Of a DNA stretch of 32,000 nt, positions 27,856 to 32,000 are shown one piece after another. A model generated the notes under the pieces. The model was not told where the DNA came from, ran no database searches, and saw only the letters and a program-made list of their open reading frames with translations. The translations under genes and the position numbers were made by a program. This DNA comes from Pasteurella multocida (GTDB lineage: Bacteria > Pseudomonadota > Gammaproteobacteria > Enterobacterales > Pasteurellaceae): contig NZ_LT906458.1 in assembly GCF_900187275.1 (NCBI RefSeq), forward strand, positions 390,001 through 422,000, written 5' to 3'. Within the stretch, counting starts at the first letter, position 1, and each line of letters starts with the position of its first letter.

Positions 27856-28092
27856 AGCAATCACTTGACGCTGCTTATTTTACATAAATTTACATTGAAG
27901 AGAAACAATTTTTACATTATTTTTGAAGTAAATCACAAAAAAAAACAAAAATGCACATTTTTCACTCTATTTGGAAGCGGTTTAGTCAGAAAATTGAGCT
28001 ATTATTTCACTTTGATTATGATTTAAGCACATCTACGTGACCTTGCCTGCTATAAAATGGACAAAAGTATTTTTAAGATTAAGGTTATTAAA

Positions 28093-28734
28093 ATGAAAAC
28101 GTTTTCTCGCTCTGTTTTGGGGATAGTATGCTTGCTCTTTTCGGTCGCAGCGTCAACGCATCCGCATGCGTTTATTGATATGAAAACCAAAATACTGGTA
28201 CAAGAGCAACAACTTATTGGGTTTTCGATGGAATGGACGCTAGATGAAGCGAGCTCTGCGACGGTGCTTTATGATATGCGTCAAACACGAGGGGACAAAC
28301 AAGCGTTACAGGCGTTAGTGGAAGAAGTGATGGGCAACATTGTACATGAACATTATTTTAGTTATCTCTACGATAAAGCTGGAAAGAAAATAAAATACCG
28401 CTCAAAACCGCAGAACTATGGCATGAAATCAAATCAGAATCAGGTGCAATATTATTTTGATTTCTTGTTATCGCAACCGAGAACCTTAGCAAAGGATGAA
28501 TTGACTTTGCTGACCTACGATCCGACCTATTATGTGGCAATGTATTATAATCAAGAAAATCAAAGTGCGCTTGATTTTTCAGCGCTTCCAGCACATTGTC
28601 AAGGGCGTGTGATTGAGCCACAAGTCGATGCTAAAATTCGTGAATATGCCAGTTCGTTGGATCAAACACAACGTAATGAAGACGATTCCTTAGGGGTTAT
28701 TTTTGCACAAAAAGTGATGTTAATATGCGAATAG
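28093..28734 (+). CDS. Periplasmic DUF1007-family protein, the putative metal-binding partner of the downstream NicO-like permease
   Basis: The signal peptide MKTFSRSVLGIVCLLFSVAAS is followed by a mature N-terminus THPHAFIDMK (the HPH motif typical of this family). I prefer the 28093 start, which has an AAGG SD, over the track start at 28057, because an extended -10 (TGCTATAAA, 28048-28056) abuts 28057. Confidence 0.7.
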   Translation: MKTFSRSVLGIVCLLFSVAASTHPHAFIDMKTKILVQEQQLIGFSMEWTLDEASSATVLYDMRQTRGDKQALQALVEEVMGNIVHEHYFSYLYDKAGKKIKYRSKPQNYGMKSNQNQVQYYFDFLLSQPRTLAKDELTLLTYDPTYYVAMYYNQENQSALDFSALPAHCQGRVIEPQVDAKIREYASSLDQTQRNEDDSLGVIFAQKVMLICE

Positions 28735-29732
28735 TGTTTCCTGTCAAATATGTTGTTCTTTTGCTACTACTTGGTATTGGCGCGTATTTTTTATTTCCCT
28801 ATTTATTTTTTAAGATTGCCCTTTGGCAACGTGATATTAATCAGTTAATGTCTGATTATTTACATCAAATTCAAACGGATAAAACCCATGCGGGCATGTG
28901 GTTAATCGCGATAAGTTTTTTATATGGCGTGTTTCATGCTATCGGTCCGGGGCATGGCAAGTTTATTATTGCGACCTATTTATCTACTCACCAAACGCAG
29001 CTCAAAACGAGCATGAAACTCACGTTTTTGTCCTCGCTTGTTCAGGGGAGCGTTGCGGTGTGTTTGACGTCATTCGTTGTAGTCATACTGAACCTGTCTT
29101 CTGTGTATTTTAAGTTAAGTCAGCTCTGGTTAGAACGTATCGCTTTTTTGTTATTGTTATGTTTAGGTATTACATGGTGTTATCAAAATGGGCGAAAATT
29201 ATATCTCGATTATGTGAAAACACGGCAAAACTCACCACTAAAAATTTATACCCTTCAGTTTGATCATTCACCCAGCAAAATAGGACAACCTCGCGTTGAA
29301 CAAATACATACTCATTCAATTGCTTGTGGTTGTGGTCATCAGCATGCGCCCAATCCATCACAGTTAACACAAGCACGAGACTGGAAATCTCAGCTTTTAG
29401 TGATTTTCAGCATTGGCATGCGCCCTTGCTCTGGGGCAATTTTTATTTTGTTTTTAGCCTATATGCTTGATCTGTATTTTTGGGGAATTATCGCAACTTT
29501 TGCGATGGCAGTGGGGACAGGAATGACGTTATCGGGGTTTGCGCTCATAGTCCTTTATGCACGAAATACAGCGATGAAGGTCGGCAAGTGGTATCAATTT
29601 TCACCAACAGTACAACAACGTTGGGGAAGATTATTGAAACTCGTTGCGGGGATACTACTGATCTTTTTTGCAACGAGTTTATTATATGGTACGACGATAG
29701 CTGTGCGTGGGGGGGCTGCGCTCTTTGGATAG
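28725..29732 (+). CDS. NicO/RcnA-like (COG2215-type) transition-metal permease
   Basis: 335 aa, about 6-8 TM. It has the HAIGPGHGK signature in TM2 and a Cys/His-rich loop HTHSIACGCGHQHAP. It overlaps the upstream gene by 10 nt, which suggests translational coupling. Confidence 0.75.
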   Translation: MRIVFPVKYVVLLLLLGIGAYFLFPYLFFKIALWQRDINQLMSDYLHQIQTDKTHAGMWLIAISFLYGVFHAIGPGHGKFIIATYLSTHQTQLKTSMKLTFLSSLVQGSVAVCLTSFVVVILNLSSVYFKLSQLWLERIAFLLLLCLGITWCYQNGRKLYLDYVKTRQNSPLKIYTLQFDHSPSKIGQPRVEQIHTHSIACGCGHQHAPNPSQLTQARDWKSQLLVIFSIGMRPCSGAIFILFLAYMLDLYFWGIIATFAMAVGTGMTLSGFALIVLYARNTAMKVGKWYQFSPTVQQRWGRLLKLVAGILLIFFATSLLYGTTIAVRGGAALFG

Positions 29733-30701
29733 TTAGAGCGCAGTTTGAATTAAGAATAACGTATAGCCGATGTAGCTGCTGAGAAATAAGAATCCTGTTA
29801 AGCGCCCAATTTGGCTTCGTTTTTTGTAAGCAATAAAGCCTAAAATAAAGAGGGCGAGCGTTAATGAGAGCATAACTAGCATGTCACGCGAGAGTACCTC
29901 ATGTTCGGCTTGAATTGGCATGATTACACCAGCCAGTCCCACAACCGCCAGGGTGTTGTATAAGTTTGAGCCAATAATATTGCCGACCGCTAAATCCACT
30001 TCGCCTTTGCGTGCGGCGGCAATTGAGGCGGCAACTTCGGGCAGAGATGTTCCAATAGCCACTACGGTTAATCCAATCACTAAATCACTGACACCCAGAT
30101 AATGAGCAATTTTTACTGCTCCCCAAATAAGTAACTGCGAACTGACCATCAGTAAAGCTAAGCCCACAATGAGCCAAAATAAGGCAGCTTTAAAAGAAAG
30201 ACAGGTTTCATGCTTATCTTCTTCATAATTTGCTTGAACAGATGCACGCTGTTTTTTACTTGACCAAATTGTCCAAACTACATAACCAATAAAAAGAGCT
30301 AATAGCACGATGGCTTCTAAGCGAGCTATGCGCATATCGAATAGGAAATAAGCGGAGAGAACAGTAACTATCAATAAAATAGGCAATTCTTTTTTGATCA
30401 CACTGCCATGTACTGTTAAAGGCTTGATCAACGCGGTTAAACCAAGAATCAGGGCAATATTAGTAATATTGGAACCATAAGCATTGCCTAAAGCAATCCC
30501 CGGACTGCCATTTAAAGCGGATAAGGCTGAAACCACCATTTCTGGCATTGAAGTACCAAAACCGATAATCAAAATACCAATTAACAGTGGCGACATACCA
30601 AGATAACGTGCTAATGCCGCAGCACCATCCACGAAACGATCGGCACTCCATACCAAAATAATCAACCCAACGAGAATCGCGAGTGAGGCTTCTAATAACA
30701 T
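29733..30701 (-). CDS. yrbG: CaCA-family cation/Ca2+ exchanger (YrbG-like)
   Basis: It has two alpha-repeat signatures, GFGTSMPEMVVS and AIGTSLPEVAAS, each followed by GN..GSN..N. I set the start at MLLEASLAIL (ATG 30699-30701, AGGA SD 6 nt upstream) rather than the track start at 30758. Confidence 0.85.
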   Translation of the reverse strand: MLLEASLAILVGLIILVWSADRFVDGAAALARYLGMSPLLIGILIIGFGTSMPEMVVSALSALNGSPGIALGNAYGSNITNIALILGLTALIKPLTVHGSVIKKELPILLIVTVLSAYFLFDMRIARLEAIVLLALFIGYVVWTIWSSKKQRASVQANYEEDKHETCLSFKAALFWLIVGLALLMVSSQLLIWGAVKIAHYLGVSDLVIGLTVVAIGTSLPEVAASIAAARKGEVDLAVGNIIGSNLYNTLAVVGLAGVIMPIQAEHEVLSRDMLVMLSLTLALFILGFIAYKKRSQIGRLTGFLFLSSYIGYTLFLIQTAL

Positions 30702-30782
30702 CTGAAATCCTATAAACAAATAAGAAGGAAAGAATATGGTCGCGTATAATATATGCAAAAATCAGGAAAGAGAAGAGCGCAA

Positions 30783-30819
30783 AAGAAAAAATAAAAGCCC
30801 ATAAGGAGGATATGGGCTT
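30783..30819 (-). terminator. Terminator downstream of tRNA-Asn
   Basis: Stem AAGCCCATA/TATGGGCTT (30795-30819) with loop AGGAGGA. On the minus strand it is followed by TTATTTTTTC. Confidence 0.75.
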
Positions 30820-30888
30820 AAAATCTTTTGGTTAAAAAATGAAACTTTTATAAAAGGAGACAAATAAAAGCTCACCAAAAGAAAAAGT

Positions 30889-30964
30889 TGGCTCCTCCTG
30901 CTGGACTTGAACCAGCGACATACGGATTAACAGTCCGCCGTTCTACCGACTGAACTAAGGAGGA
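30889..30964 (-). tRNA. tRNA-Asn (anticodon GUU)
   Basis: The reverse complement is TCCTCCTTAGTTCAGTCGGTAGAACGGCGGACTGTTAATCCGTATGTCGCTGGTTCAAGTCCAGCAGGAGGAGCCA. It is nearly identical to E. coli tRNA-Asn as I remember it, the cloverleaf is canonical, and it is 76 nt with CCA. Confidence 0.95.
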
Positions 30965-30997
30965 AAAATTCTGTATCACAAGGAATTTAGGTCGCGT

Positions 30998-31026
30998 ATG
31001 ATAATGTGCTTGATCTGTCTTGTCAA
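30998..31026 (-). promoter_or_regulatory. Consensus-like promoter for tRNA-Asn
   Basis: On the minus strand: TTGACA (rc of 31021-31026), a 17-nt spacer, TATCAT (rc of 30998-31003), then the GC-rich discriminator ACGCGACC typical of stable-RNA promoters. Confidence 0.7.
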
Positions 31027-31069
31027 CCTTAAAAAAGCAAAAAAATTTTCTTTTTTACAACTTATTTTT

Positions 31070-31092
31070 ATATCCACAGCGCCTGTGGATAA
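31070..31092. promoter_or_regulatory. Inverted pair of DnaA boxes
   Basis: ATATCCACA (31070-31078, 8/9 to TTATCCACA) and TGTGGATAA (31084-31092, rc = TTATCCACA, 9/9) lie within the 21-bp palindrome TATCCACAG-CGC-CTGTGGATA. Confidence 0.6.
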
Positions 31093-31362
31093 GTCTGTGA
31101 ATGTTTATTAAAAAAAATCGCTAAAGCTAGAGAATAACTGGTATGATCGGACTTCGTTATACAATTGGTTGTAAAATGACATTTCTTTATTTTTCAATTA
31201 GTTAATAAAAATCCATAAAAAAATAGGAAATTTTTTTTAAATTTGAGAAGTTTGAATCTTGACAAATATAACTCTGTGTAAAACTTACATTTTTTAAATC
31301 CAAAACTGTTACAAAATTGTGATAAAATTGACCGCACTTTGAATAGAATTGAGTATAAGACT

Positions 31363-32000
31363 ATGGCGTATAAAATGCATACTAAATCATTTATTTTGCA
31401 TTCGGATTTTTCTCCTTCTGGTGATCAACCGCAAGCAATTACGCAGCTGATTGAGGGGCTTGAAAATGGGCTTGCTCATCAAACCTTGTTAGGGGTAACA
31501 GGGTCGGGTAAGACCTTTACGATTGCTAATGTGATTGCAAAATTAAATCGTCCCGCTATGGTACTTGCCCCGAATAAAACCCTCGCAGCACAGCTTTATG
31601 CTGAAATGAAAGCATTTTTTCCAGAAAATGCAGTTGAATATTTCGTATCTTACTATGATTACTATCAGCCAGAAGCTTATGTGCCAAGTAGCGATACTTT
31701 TATTGAGAAAGATGCGTCGATTAATGATCAAATCGAACAAATGCGCTTATCTGCCACTAAATCGTTTTTAGAGCGTCGAGATACTATTGTGGTTGCCTCG
31801 GTATCCGCCATTTATGGTTTAGGCGATCCAGATTCTTATTTAAAAATGATGCTCCATTTACAAACAGGTGCGATTATTAATCAACGTCAAATCTTAGCGC
31901 AATTGGCTGAATTGCAGTACACACGCAATGATCAGGCGTTTGAGCGTGGTACCTTTCGTGTGCGCGGTGAAATCATTGATATTTTCCCCGCAGAATCTGA
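31363..32000 (+). CDS. uvrB: Excinuclease ABC subunit B (N-terminal part; continues past the window end)
   Basis: My own translation gives [108 protein letters not shown]..., collinear with E. coli UvrB. The start could instead be the second ATG at 31375. Confidence 0.92.
   Translation, partial: MAYKMHTKSFILHSDFSPSGDQPQAITQLIEGLENGLAHQTLLGVTGSGKTFTIANVIAKLNRPAMVLAPNKTLAAQLYAEMKAFFPENAVEYFVSYYDYYQPEAYVPSSDTFIEKDASINDQIEQMRLSATKSFLERRDTIVVASVSAIYGLGDPDSYLKMMLHLQTGAIINQRQILAQLAELQYTRNDQAFERGTFRVRGEIIDIFPAES

Noticed and set aside
31021-31130. The possibility that the DnaA-box palindrome marks oriC.
   Set aside because: Only two boxes are present. I saw no cluster of 13-mer AT-rich DUE repeats and no GATC clustering, and the flanking genes (tRNA-Asn, uvrB) are not the usual origin neighbours. 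A regulatory or titration site is more likely.
31306-31321. A LexA box candidate upstream of uvrB (CTGTTACAAAATTGTG), plus CTGTGTAAAACTTACAT at 31273-31289.
   Set aside because: In the first candidate the second half-site is TGTG rather than ACAG. The second has the wrong spacing (N9) and ends in ACAT. Neither meets the CTGT-N8-ACAG standard set by the uvrD site.

Overview
This is a chromosomal segment from a Pasteurellaceae genome, most likely Pasteurella multocida. Two things support that. Hin-type uptake signal sequences (AAGTGCGGT / ACCGCACTT) are scattered through the window, often as inverted pairs that form terminators. A 651-aa ORF matches, from memory, the P. multocida heparosan synthase PmHS2. 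Most of the window is housekeeping: yfeA (partial), tusE, yccA, tRNA-Ser(UGA), fdhE, the selenocysteine formate dehydrogenase operon fdxGHI (in-frame UGA plus SECIS hairpin), fdhD, uvrD (canonical LexA box), dnaB, alr, pgi, metE/metR (met boxes), ettA, yrbG, tRNA-Asn and uvrB (partial, with a DnaA-box palindrome upstream). The parts worth a second look are these. (1) An AT-rich islet between alr and pgi carries the stand-alone PmHS2-like synthase, a small membrane ORF and a promoter-equipped, non-canonical tRNA-like cloverleaf. (2) An orphan Mu-like immunity switch (Mu c-type HTH fused to an S24 peptidase, divergent from a Ner homologue, with four AARGAACT operator-like 8-mers) has no transposase and is followed by about 480 bp of non-coding DNA. 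(3) The 520-bp ettA / metal-transporter intergenic region holds a strong minus-strand promoter, two intrinsic terminators, a long GC-rich hairpin and phased TTTACAT repeats, so it is a candidate sRNA or leader. (4) A PurR-type operator sits in front of an 80-aa 3-TM protein. (5) A DUF1007 + NicO-like gene pair looks like a two-component metal transporter. I saw no CRISPR array, transposase, integrase or recognisable defence operon. All homology statements come from reading the translations and from memory; no database search was run.
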